Source of the DNA: a virus
IMG/VR virus record: IMGVR_UViG_3300045003_000166
Span: 1 to 64,000 of that record
Strand: one strand, 5' to 3'
DNA: 64,000 nucleotides
Shown: piece after piece, positions 10,573 to 18,797 of the stretch
Layout: each line of letters starts with the position of its first letter
How positions within the stretch are numbered: the stretch's first letter is position 1
Notes under the pieces: generated by a model
The model's database searches: none
Told to the model about the DNA's origin: nothing
Seen by the model: the letters and a program-made list of their open reading frames with translations, nothing else
Made by a program: the position numbers and the translations under genes

Positions 10573-10757
10573 ACGAGCCCACCGAGTCGATCCCCGCCCC
10601 GGTGCTGATCGCGGAACTGGAGGCCGAGCTCACCCAGTCGATCGCGGACCGCGTGGTGCTCAAAGCACGTATCACCGTGCGCGACCAGCGGATCGCACAA
10701 CTCGAACAGGAACTGGCCGCCGCCCGGGGGTCAGCGGACGGCGGCCAGCTGTCCTAA
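10569..10757 (+). CDS. small coiled-coil protein
   Basis: GTGA-coupled ORF with heptad pattern. Confidence 0.55.
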   Translation: MNEPTESIPAPVLIAELEAELTQSIADRVVLKARITVRDQRIAQLEQELAAARGSADGGQLS

Positions 10758-11158
10758 TAGGCCTTCGGCAACTGGTCGCCGTCGGTCGCGGTCAGCGTCC
10801 ACTGGCACGAGGTGGTCACGGCGATCCGGTGCGCCCCGGCGACATCGTGGTAGTACATCGTGTGGTTTCCGGCTGGGCCGGTGAGGTCGTCGACGACCAG
10901 GCCGCTGTCATGGTCGCCGTACTCGACGGCGCGGAAGCGTCCCGTGGTGGGGCAGGCGAAGGTGTAGTGCAGCGACCAGTCTGAGCCGGTGGCGAAAGCC
11001 GCCGTCGTGGTGTTCCCGCTTCCCGACACCTGCAACACGACGGAGGTGTTCGCGTGCGCCGGAGACGACCCGGCCTGTGTGAGTCCGAACGTTGCGAGGC
11101 CGGCGGACGCGGCGAGCGCGCCGACAACGAGGCGGGCCCTCCCCCTGAACGGTTTCAT
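10754..11158 (-). CDS. secreted/exported beta-rich protein
   Basis: Basic N-terminus, hydrophobic segment, AHA cleavage-like site; probably leaderless from the motif promoter at 11180-11194. Confidence 0.6.
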   Translation of the reverse strand: MKPFRGRARLVVGALAASAGLATFGLTQAGSSPAHANTSVVLQVSGSGNTTTAAFATGSDWSLHYTFACPTTGRFRAVEYGDHDSGLVVDDLTGPAGNHTMYYHDVAGAHRIAVTTSCQWTLTATDGDQLPKAY

Positions 11159-11211
11159 GCGTCCAGTGAAGGGCCAAGTATGACGATCTGTCAAGTTGGC
11201 GGGAGGAAGAG

Positions 11212-11439
11212 CTAAGCCTCCGCCATGGCCTTCGTCAAGGCCTCGTTCTTTGCCCGCAGCGCGCCGAGCTCCCCGCGGGCGTTGTTCAGGGCCGTCTCCA
11301 GCATCGCGTTCTCGTAGGTGAGCTGGGCGACGAGCATCGCGAACTTGCGCTGCAGCGTCTCCACTACCTGGCTCTGGTCGACGGTGACGGGCGGTGCCTC
11401 CTCGGCCGCGCCGTTCTGGACGTCGGTTTCGACGGTCAT
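11212..11439 (-). CDS. hypothetical coiled-coil protein
   Basis: ATGA-coupled to the upstream glycosyltransferase. Confidence 0.6.
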   Translation of the reverse strand: MTVETDVQNGAAEEAPPVTVDQSQVVETLQRKFAMLVAQLTYENAMLETALNNARGELGALRAKNEALTKAMAEA

Positions 11440-12296
11440 GTCAGCTCCCTGGAAAGCGCGCGGTACTGCTCGAGGATGTCGGTGGCCAGCACGGCGTCGC
11501 GCTGGGGGTAGAAGGTGTAGTGCGACACGAGCGCGTCGCCGACGATGACGTTGTCCTTGCCCACCAGCGGCGGCCGGTGCACCGTGATCCAGTGCTCCTC
11601 CTCCGGGTAGTCCAGGACTCCCGGCACGGGCAGCGCGCAGAAGTCCTCCCCGTCGATGACGTGGCAGGACACGGAGAACTGCTGGCGCGGCGCGAGCGGG
11701 AAGTTCTGGTAGAAGAAGACCTCCTCCGGCTTCCCCACGCGCAGGTGTTCGAGTAGCAGGCGGTGGATGCGCACCGCGAACTCACCGTCGCCCCACCCGA
11801 CCGGGTCCATGCAGAACGCGGACTGCACGATCCCGAACTCCCTCGGGATCTTGCCGAGCTTCTGCGCGTACCAGGAGACGATCGCGTTGTTCCACATCAG
11901 GGCGAAGCAGGCGAGCGTGCCAGGCAGCGCGACCTTGGCCTTCACCAGGTTCTCCACCGCGGCTTCGTGCACATACACGATGTCGTCGTCGAAGCGGAAG
12001 AAGACCGCGTCCGCGTCCGTCATGTACCGGTACGCGTAGCCGGTGTTGCGCTGCTTCGGGTAGAGGCGCGGCAGCCCGGCCGGCTTCTCGATAATCTTCA
12101 CCCAGGTGCTGTGCGCCTTCGCCAGTCGGTAGGCGTAGGCGAGGTCGGAGACCTGGTTGTCGTCCGTGTTGAGGTACAGCCAGTACTCGTCGACCAGGCC
12201 GCGCTCGTGGTCACGTCTCAGGTACTCGAACAGAATGTTAACAGTCTGCTCTCGCCCGAAGGGTGTCCACGCCACTACCTTCTTGCCGCCGATCAC
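11436..12296 (-). CDS. GT-A fold glycosyltransferase-like protein
   Basis: FFRFDDDIVY DxD motif; TPFGRE N-terminal motif; GTGA-coupled. Confidence 0.7.
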   Translation of the reverse strand: MIGGKKVVAWTPFGREQTVNILFEYLRRDHERGLVDEYWLYLNTDDNQVSDLAYAYRLAKAHSTWVKIIEKPAGLPRLYPKQRNTGYAYRYMTDADAVFFRFDDDIVYVHEAAVENLVKAKVALPGTLACFALMWNNAIVSWYAQKLGKIPREFGIVQSAFCMDPVGWGDGEFAVRIHRLLLEHLRVGKPEEVFFYQNFPLAPRQQFSVSCHVIDGEDFCALPVPGVLDYPEEEHWITVHRPPLVGKDNVIVGDALVSHYTFYPQRDAVLATDILEQYRALSRELT

Positions 12297-13282
12297 GCCT
12301 TCTCCTCCCCGAACAGCGCGCTTTCCCAGAGGGGCGCGAGGTTCTCGATCGTGTAGTCCTGGGCGCGCAGCCGGGCCGCGTCGCCCATTTGCTCGCGCAG
12401 GTCCGCGTCGTTCAGCAGCAATCCGAGGTACTCGCCCCACTCCTGGGCGGTGGAGGCGAGGAAACCGGTGACACCGTGCACCACCCAGTCCCGGTACGGG
12501 ACGATGGGCGAGGCGACGATCGGAATGCCGAGGAACGCGGCCTCCAGCGCCTTCGTCGCGCCCTTCGCCTCGTTGTAGGGGGTGGAGCGGTAGGGAGCGG
12601 CCCATACGTCGAAGTCGACCGTGTCCAGATATGCCTCGTTGGGCTGGACCCAGCCGGTGTGCCGCCATCCGGGAGCGGTCAGGCCCAGTTTGCGCAGATG
12701 CGGGTAAGGGATGCCGACCGTGTGCACGACTCCGCCGTGGTCCGGTACGGCCTTGAGTGCCTCGAACGCGATCGGCAGCTCGAACACGGTGGAGGAGGTG
12801 CCCGCCCAGCCGACCACCGGCTTCGGGTTCTCGGGGCGCGGCCGGTCCAGGTACTTCGCGGGCAGGCTGTTGGGGATCACCTGGACGTTGTCGCAGTACT
12901 GCTCCAGGATCATCGCGAGCACGTCGCTGCAGACGGTGACGGCGTCCGCGGCGTAGGCGTTCGCCATGAGGCGGGTGCGCACCGTCGGCTCGGAGAAGAA
13001 CCGGTATGCGACCTCGTTGGTCGAGTCCACGTGCCAGTAGTCGTCATCCGCGTCGAACACCGTGCGCACGCCCGGCGCGTGCACCATCCTCGCCCACTGG
13101 GTGGAGGGCTCCGGCGTGCACACCCGCTGTCCGAGGAACGCGTCGCTGTCCTCGTAGCCCTCGCCGATCCGTTGGCCGGCCTGGACGTCGTGGCCCCGTT
13201 CCCGCAGAGCCTGGGCGACGATCTTGGTCCGGTACCACGAACAGCCGGCGTCGTCCGCCGCCCAGAGCCACGCCTTACCCAC
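12293..13282 (-). CDS. GT-B (GT4-like) glycosyltransferase
   Basis: GCSWYR, FDADDDYW, ADAVTVCS, VGWAG, KALEAAFLGIPIVASP motifs. Confidence 0.85.
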   Translation of the reverse strand: MGKAWLWAADDAGCSWYRTKIVAQALRERGHDVQAGQRIGEGYEDSDAFLGQRVCTPEPSTQWARMVHAPGVRTVFDADDDYWHVDSTNEVAYRFFSEPTVRTRLMANAYAADAVTVCSDVLAMILEQYCDNVQVIPNSLPAKYLDRPRPENPKPVVGWAGTSSTVFELPIAFEALKAVPDHGGVVHTVGIPYPHLRKLGLTAPGWRHTGWVQPNEAYLDTVDFDVWAAPYRSTPYNEAKGATKALEAAFLGIPIVASPIVPYRDWVVHGVTGFLASTAQEWGEYLGLLLNDADLREQMGDAARLRAQDYTIENLAPLWESALFGEEKA

Positions 13283-14246
13283 GGGAGGCCAGGTGCCCGG
13301 GCAGCCAGTGCGCGGCGAACCATTCCACCGTGTCGTGGACGCCCAGGCCGAGCGGGACGAGAGCGTCCGGTTCCAGGCCGAGCAGCCGCATCGTCTCGTT
13401 GTCCGCGACCACCCGGGCGCCCGGCGTCTCGCCCGGCCGCATCGGCAGGTGCACCAGCGAGGGCGCGGGGTCGTAGCCGATTTCCCTCGCCTCCTGGATG
13501 ACGAGGTTCGCCACATACGCGACCGTGGCGTGCTCGCTCGGCCCGATCTCGACCACCTGCTCGAGCACGTCGCCCTTCGCGGCGTACTCGAGGGCCTGGA
13601 CCAGGCCGCGCGCCACGTCGGTCACGTAGACGCAGTCGGAGATCTGCTGACCGTCCCCGTACACCTCGATCGGCGTGCCGGTCAGGGCACGGGCGATGAA
13701 CGCGGGCATGATCTTTCGGACCTTGCCCGGCCCGTACGGCGCCGCCATCACCTGCCGCGGCCCGTACGCGTTGACGACGCGCACCTGGTTGAGAGCGAGG
13801 CCGCGGTCCCGCACGAACATGTGGCCAAGGGACTCGACACAGGTCTTGCTTGCCGAATACGGGTTGCTCATCCCGTGGTTGCCGACGCAGATGTTGACGC
13901 ACGGCAGTCCGTATTGGACGCAGGCCTCGAACACGTTCAGACCGGAGGCGACGTTGGTCTGCACCGCGGGCCGCGGGTTGTGCACCGTCTCCTGGGTGCC
14001 GAGCACGGAGGCGAGGTGGATGATCCCGTCCGTGTGTGCGGCCAGCTCGGTGACGGCCACCTCGTCCCGGGTGTCGCCGAGCATCGTCGGGATGTAGGAG
14101 TCGAAATGGCCTGATCCGGGCCGCGATTCGACGGGATGACGCTTGGAGCGGTGGTCGAAGATGACGGGCTCGTGGCCGCGCTTGAGCAGTTCGTCGACGA
14201 CGTGTCCGCCGATGAATCCGGCGCCGCCGGTGACACCGATGCGCAT
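13275..14246 (-). CDS. NAD-dependent nucleotide-sugar epimerase/dehydratase
   Basis: VTGGAGFIG Rossmann motif; YSASK catalytic YxxxK; NAYGP. Confidence 0.92.
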   Translation of the reverse strand: MRIGVTGGAGFIGGHVVDELLKRGHEPVIFDHRSKRHPVESRPGSGHFDSYIPTMLGDTRDEVAVTELAAHTDGIIHLASVLGTQETVHNPRPAVQTNVASGLNVFEACVQYGLPCVNICVGNHGMSNPYSASKTCVESLGHMFVRDRGLALNQVRVVNAYGPRQVMAAPYGPGKVRKIMPAFIARALTGTPIEVYGDGQQISDCVYVTDVARGLVQALEYAAKGDVLEQVVEIGPSEHATVAYVANLVIQEAREIGYDPAPSLVHLPMRPGETPGARVVADNETMRLLGLEPDALVPLGLGVHDTVEWFAAHWLPGHLASRG

Positions 14247-14360
14247 GAACGCTCCGGAAAGTGAGGGGACGGAGTATCAAGTGGAGAATACAGCGCAATG
14301 GACACGGTTCGGGTCGTTCGGGACAATGGCCAAGAAACCGGGCAGGAAGGGCGTGATCGC

Positions 14361-15158
14361 GTGAGGGTCATGTACGACGCGGCGTTCCCGCCGCCCGACC
14401 CGCACCTTGATGTCTGCGCTGGGTACATTGGCGGCGACACGCCCCATGTGTGGACCGATGCCGAATGGAACAGCCAGTCGGCCAGGTGGCGGCTGCCGAT
14501 CTTCACACGGTCGAATCCGACCGATGCGAATCAGGCCGCGAGCGACGCGGCCAGCGCGATCGCCTGGGCGAGAGCGCACGGACAGCCAGCCGGAACGGCG
14601 ATCGCCCTCGACTACGAGACGGCGAAAGACGCGGCGTACCTGACGGCATTCGACGCGGACGTGGTCGCGGCCGGCTGGACTGTGCTGGTGTACGGGTCAC
14701 TGTCCACGGTCTTCCAGAATCCGCGGCCGAGCGCGGGCTACTGGACCGCGTCCTGGACGGGCGCGGCGCACCTTGATGTGGGCGCCGCAGCCACTCAGTG
14801 GGCCAGCGACACCATGCTCGGCAAACCGTACGACCTGTCCGAGGTCACGGACTCACTCAATCTCTGGGATACACAGGAGGCCATGGTGTCGCTCACTCCG
14901 CAAGAGGACAACGAACTGCTCCAGCTGTACAACGCCATGTTCAACGGCGGTTCCTCCATGGGCATCACACCGTCCGGGGCGACGAACAACTCACTGGTCT
15001 CTAAGCTCGACTACCTGATCACCACCCTGGGACAGCTCGCTACGCCGACGGTCGACGCGACCGCCCTGGCCGCAGCACTGGCCGCGAACCCGGCGTTCGT
15101 CCAGGCGGTCGTGCACGGCCTGGCCGTCGAGTTGCACAACGCGACGCCGTCCAGCTGA
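14361..15158 (+). CDS. endolysin, GH25-like/DUF1906 glycoside hydrolase
   Basis: AGYIGG, AIALDYE, WTASW, ATQW and YDLS motifs; followed by a TM protein; start uncertain (14298/14361/14370). Confidence 0.75.
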   Translation: MRVMYDAAFPPPDPHLDVCAGYIGGDTPHVWTDAEWNSQSARWRLPIFTRSNPTDANQAASDAASAIAWARAHGQPAGTAIALDYETAKDAAYLTAFDADVVAAGWTVLVYGSLSTVFQNPRPSAGYWTASWTGAAHLDVGAAATQWASDTMLGKPYDLSEVTDSLNLWDTQEAMVSLTPQEDNELLQLYNAMFNGGSSMGITPSGATNNSLVSKLDYLITTLGQLATPTVDATALAAALAANPAFVQAVVHGLAVELHNATPSS

Positions 15159-15187
15159 CCTCGCAACGGGTGGCATAGGAGTCCGAC

Positions 15188-15508
15188 GTGACGATGTCGA
15201 TCCCCGAGGGCAGTGTCGTCATCACGCCCATCGAGGTTTACCGCGAGGTACAGGCGACGCACCAGGCGGTGCAGCAACTGCTCGGCAAGCTCGACACGTT
15301 CGTCGGCACCCAGAGCGACCACGAGACCAGGCTGCGCAAGGTCGACGACCTGCCCCGCCAGGTTGAAGAACTGAAGACGGACAGTGAGGAGCACGACAAA
15401 CGGATCGGCCATCTGGAGACGCGGATGGCGATGTACGCGGGCGCGTCGGGTGTCCTGGGCACCGCGGCCGGGTATCTGGCGAGCTGGGCCATCTTCGGCC
15501 ACCACTGA
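15188..15508 (+). CDS. holin-like / lysis-cassette membrane protein
   Basis: Coiled coil plus C-terminal TM helix directly after the lysin. Confidence 0.6.
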   Translation: MTMSIPEGSVVITPIEVYREVQATHQAVQQLLGKLDTFVGTQSDHETRLRKVDDLPRQVEELKTDSEEHDKRIGHLETRMAMYAGASGVLGTAAGYLASWAIFGHH

Positions 15509-15539
15509 GCGGTGTCCGAATCGTCCGGACCTGTCCTGA

Positions 15540-15569
15540 TTGACGGATAGTCACGGGTACATCTAAGAT
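15540..15569 (+). promoter_or_regulatory. motif promoter TTGACGGATAGTCAC ... TAAGAT (leaderless to 15576)
   Basis: -35 TTGACG, 18-nt spacer, -10 TAAGAT, ATG 6 nt later. Confidence 0.7.
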
Positions 15570-15575
15570 CGCTGC

Positions 15576-15848
15576 ATGACACAGCGACGTCCCGTGACCC
15601 AAGGGCAGTTCGCCGAGGCCATCGGGTGTCACTACACCTTGGTCACCCGGTACCGCAACGGTGAGCGCCTGCCCACCGTCGAGCACCTCGCCAAGATCAT
15701 CGAGGTCTACGAGTTGGATCCCATGGAAGTGATCAGGGCGGTGAACCGGGCGAACGAGAAGAACGCCCAGGGTGAGAAGACCCACCCGATGGAGTTCGCG
15801 CACTACCTGCGCGACCACATCTTCACCCTCCCCGAGGCACCACAGTAG
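15576..15848 (+). CDS. XRE-family HTH regulator
   Basis: TQGQFAEAIGCHYTLVTRYRNGERLP HTH. Confidence 0.85.
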   Translation: MTQRRPVTQGQFAEAIGCHYTLVTRYRNGERLPTVEHLAKIIEVYELDPMEVIRAVNRANEKNAQGEKTHPMEFAHYLRDHIFTLPEAPQ

Positions 15849-15870
15849 GGTCGAAGTCCTCATCAGCGAG

Positions 15871-15899
15871 AAGGGCCCCGGCTACACCCCGGGGCCCTT
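15871..15899. terminator. hairpin terminator between convergent genes
   Basis: AAGGGCCCCGG...CCGGGGCCCTT inverted repeat. Confidence 0.75.
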
Positions 15900-15942
15900 C
15901 CGCTTTCCGCCGTTCCGCATGGGGTCAGAACGGAGGTCTGGA

Positions 15943-16737
15943 TCAGGCAGCTGCGGCGACGATCTCGGCCATCGACAGGTCAGCCTTGAAGGTGTGACCC
16001 ACTAACCGCTCAACCGCCAGGTACTCCTGCGCCATGGCCGGGTTGAGACGCGCGGACAGAACGAGCTCCGTACGCCCGGCCAGGACACAGAACATGCACG
16101 ACAAGCGCGGCATCCCGGCGTCGTAAGCCGGGTGGTACGGAAGGCCAGAGCGGCGGATCGTGTCCCAGACCTGCTCCTCTGACCAGTCGAAGATGGGCAG
16201 CCAGCGATCCACGATCCGACGCCCGTTCGTCGCCGCGGCGTCGGGGCCGAAGGGGATCTTCTTGGCGCGCGCCGGAGACTCGGCCGCCCTGATGCCCAGG
16301 CAGTTCAGGATCCTGATCGGGCGGTCCGGGTGTGCGGCGCGGTGGTCGGCGGCCAGTTTCGTCATGATCTTGGCGACCTGGCTGGTCTTCTGATCGGAAG
16401 TGCAGTACCTGGCCTGGCTGGACGGCCATGCCGGAGTCGTGGTGTCGCCCTTCGCCCGGAGGGTGTTGTGGCGCGTCACGACCTGGTCGAGCAGGTCTTC
16501 GGAACGAGCGACGGTCTCGAACCGCAGGCCGTATACCGCGGCCTGCTTCTCGGCAAGTTCGCGCGTTCCCTCCCACTCCACCCGGCCGAGGTCGGCGTGG
16601 ACCACGACGATCCGGTCGCGGGAGACGCCCTCAGCGTCGGCGCGCTCGACTAGGTGGGTGAGCATCGCCTGAGAGTCCTTGCCTGCGCTGGAGTTGATGA
16701 GGATCACGTCGTAGGAAGCGAGGTTCACGGTGGACAT
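15943..16737 (-). CDS. PAPS-reductase-family (PP-loop) protein
   Basis: SAGKDS PP-loop, RYCTSDQK, GIRAAESPAR, HPAY...RLSCMFC. Confidence 0.88.
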   Translation of the reverse strand: MSTVNLASYDVILINSSAGKDSQAMLTHLVERADAEGVSRDRIVVVHADLGRVEWEGTRELAEKQAAVYGLRFETVARSEDLLDQVVTRHNTLRAKGDTTTPAWPSSQARYCTSDQKTSQVAKIMTKLAADHRAAHPDRPIRILNCLGIRAAESPARAKKIPFGPDAAATNGRRIVDRWLPIFDWSEEQVWDTIRRSGLPYHPAYDAGMPRLSCMFCVLAGRTELVLSARLNPAMAQEYLAVERLVGHTFKADLSMAEIVAAAA

Positions 16738-16745
16738 GTCAGGCC

Positions 16746-17096
16746 TCAGACGGCGTAGTGCGCGGACCAGACGGACCACAGGATCGGCAGGTCGGCCTGG
16801 CGGTAGACGGCGACCTCGACCGCGCGCTCCTTGCCCGAACTCGGAGAGACGATCGCCTGCCACATCGTCTTCGGGGCGCGCCCCCGGGTCTCGGTGTACA
16901 GGGCCTTCACCCGCTTGCCGAAGGTGCCCCACACCGACCGCAGCACACCGCCGGACAGGCCGCGTTCCGTCAGGAACGACTCGACGGTGACCGGCTTCGC
17001 GAACACGCCGGCCAGCCGGGCGAAGGGCCGCAGCAGACGGCCGAGCCGGGCCAGGCGCAGCTCGGCGACGCGGGCGCGGATCTCGGGCTGGGTCAT
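16746..17096 (-). CDS. hypothetical protein
   Basis: GAGGAG RBS; downstream of the tandem motif promoter. Confidence 0.6.
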   Translation of the reverse strand: MTQPEIRARVAELRLARLGRLLRPFARLAGVFAKPVTVESFLTERGLSGGVLRSVWGTFGKRVKALYTETRGRAPKTMWQAIVSPSSGKERAVEVAVYRQADLPILWSVWSAHYAV

Positions 17097-17114
17097 CGTT
17101 CGGGCTCCTCTCCT

Positions 17115-17163
17115 GTGACTATCTGTCAAAGAGGAGTCTGCCGGTCGTGTGACTATCTGTCAA
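17115..17163 (-). promoter_or_regulatory. tandem TTGACAGATAGTCAC motifs (promoter plus operator at +1)
   Basis: Copies at 17149-17163 and 17115-17129; -10-like CAGACT 17 nt after the first TTGACA. Confidence 0.75.
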
Positions 17164-17175
17164 TCCGCTGCGCGG

Positions 17176-17409
17176 TCAGCAGGGTACCCAGCCCGCGGGC
17201 CCGCGCCAGTAGCCGTGCGTGCCGCACTCCAGGCACTTGATCGAAGGATTGAGCGAGCCGTCCGGCTCCCACTGCCAGCCCTCCGGGCCGAGAGGGAGCT
17301 TCCCGCCGATGCGTTCGAAGTCTTTATCGTCCTTGAGCCAGGGCGACGTGCAGCGGTGGAAGAACACCGGATGGCCGTCCACCGGGTCCTTCTCCACGCG
17401 CGGGATCAC
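17176..17409 (-). CDS. small metal-binding protein (DUF6527-like)
   Basis: SLNPSIKCLECGTHGYWRG. Confidence 0.5.
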   Translation of the reverse strand: MIPRVEKDPVDGHPVFFHRCTSPWLKDDKDFERIGGKLPLGPEGWQWEPDGSLNPSIKCLECGTHGYWRGPAGWVPC

Positions 17410-17536
17410 TGGTTGCCTGCCCCGCCCCACTCCGGCTCACCGGTCTGTGAACAGACGTAGAAGCCCTTCCACTCACCAGTCCCCGCGGCCCGGGCACGGC
17501 CGCAGTGAGGACAAGCAGGAGGCCAGTTGACAGGCA

Positions 17537-17797
17537 TCAGAACTTCACCAGCTGCGTGCTCGAGTACCCCTGGCCGAAGCCGTCCCCGTCGCCCGTCCAC
17601 TCGACGATCGGGTGCTGGACGTCGCTCGAGAACGGGTCCATGTGCACACCCGTCACCACGCCCTCCTGGCCCGAGAGCCGGTGCCTCACCCCGTCACCCA
17701 CCTGGATGGGCGCCTGCGGCGCGGTCTGGGGCGGCGTGTAGGCCGGGTTGCCGGAGCGGTCCCCGGGCGGCTGGTCGGTTGCTACCTTCAGCGTCAC
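17537..17797 (-). CDS. small SH3/Tudor-like protein
   Basis: VGDGVRHRLSGQEGVVTG; paralogue of 49942..50232. Confidence 0.6.
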   Translation of the reverse strand: MTLKVATDQPPGDRSGNPAYTPPQTAPQAPIQVGDGVRHRLSGQEGVVTGVHMDPFSSDVQHPIVEWTGDGDGFGQGYSSTQLVKF

Positions 17798-18201
17798 CGC
17801 AGCCTCCTGGGCGCGTCCGAGACGGCGTTCTGCGTGCCGGCGTAGAGGCCTTCCGGCGTGACCCCGGCCGGCCTAATCGAGTTGGGCGCGACGCCCTGGG
17901 CGAGGGAGGCGTCCTCTCCCGCGAACGCGACGCGCGGCGTGATCCGAGTGGTGTGCGGGTCGCGGTGGTGGCCGACCACCGTCCCCTCCCCCAGGGCGCG
18001 GTGCACGACCCGGGAGCCGACTGCTGGGGTCGGATCGGCGCCGTGCTGGTCCTGGTTCATCTCGGCCGCCCCGCGCGGGTGGTAGGCCTGGTTGAGGGCG
18101 AGCTCCTGGGGGATCGTCGCGCCCAGGTTCAGGCCGCCGGTGGACGGCGCGCCGTCGCCCTGGCTCTGGTACGGGCCGCCGCCCTGGAACTGGGCTCTCA
18201 T
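17794..18201 (-). CDS. SH3/Tudor-like domain protein
   Basis: VGSRVVHRALGEGTVVG; leaderless ATG after TACACT. Confidence 0.55.
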   Translation of the reverse strand: MRAQFQGGGPYQSQGDGAPSTGGLNLGATIPQELALNQAYHPRGAAEMNQDQHGADPTPAVGSRVVHRALGEGTVVGHHRDPHTTRITPRVAFAGEDASLAQGVAPNSIRPAGVTPEGLYAGTQNAVSDAPRRLR

Positions 18202-18401
18202 GTCAACCAGTGTACGTATGAGTCCTGGAAAGGGAACCGCCCCGGACGCGTTCCGTGCGTCCGGGGCGGTGAGGCTTGAGCGGATCCCGTGCCCGTGTCC
18301 GCGCGACTGCTCCGGTGTCGCGTCCACCATCACAGTCGGTTATCCGGGCGCAGTTGCCGGGATTAGTCTGCAGCCGTACCCGACCAGCTTGCGCCTCCGC
18401 G

Positions 18402-18475
18402 TGGCAGGGAGCGGATTTGAACCGCCGACCTCTGGGTTATGAGCCCAGCGAGCTACCGAACTGCTCCACCCTGCT
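18402..18475 (-). tRNA. tRNA-Met(CAU), initiator type
   Basis: Cloverleaf; anticodon arm CTGGG-CTCATAA-CCCAG (3 G-C pairs); 1:72 mismatch; T-loop TTCAAAT; CCA not encoded. Confidence 0.92.
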
Positions 18476-18583
18476 CTGTGAGCCGGATTGCCGCCCCCGG
18501 CTCTACTCGCCCATACACCTCAGCACAGCCCGTCTTCACGGGCTTACCTAGCGAGCCCCACTCAAGAGCTTACCTCACACGAC

Positions 18584-18787
18584 CTAAATCGAAGCGTTGA
18601 AACTGGCAACCGTCAAGAGACCGGATGCCTCCAGGTCCAGTACTCGGTCGATCGCAGCACCCGCGAACGCGGTCTCGTCACCGACCAGCTTGCTCATCGG
18701 AGTGTCCCGTAGGTCGGCGACCTGTGTCGACGCAAGCTCCTCTTCTGGGCGGGGCAGCCTGTCATCGGCCGTGGGCTCTGAGATCAC
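18584..18787 (-). CDS. FxSxx-COOH (FxsA)-like precursor peptide, variant C-terminus FNASI
   Basis: 67 aa; acidic leader with DLRDTPMSKL...AIDRVL and C-terminal VASFNASI, resembling FxsA peptides. Confidence 0.7.
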   Translation of the reverse strand: MISEPTADDRLPRPEEELASTQVADLRDTPMSKLVGDETAFAGAAIDRVLDLEASGLLTVASFNASI

Positions 18788-18797
18788 GTCGACGACC

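Noticed and set aside
18402-18475. tRNA-Met as a prophage attachment boundary
   Set aside because: Phage genes continue on both sides and no duplicated 3' fragment was seen.
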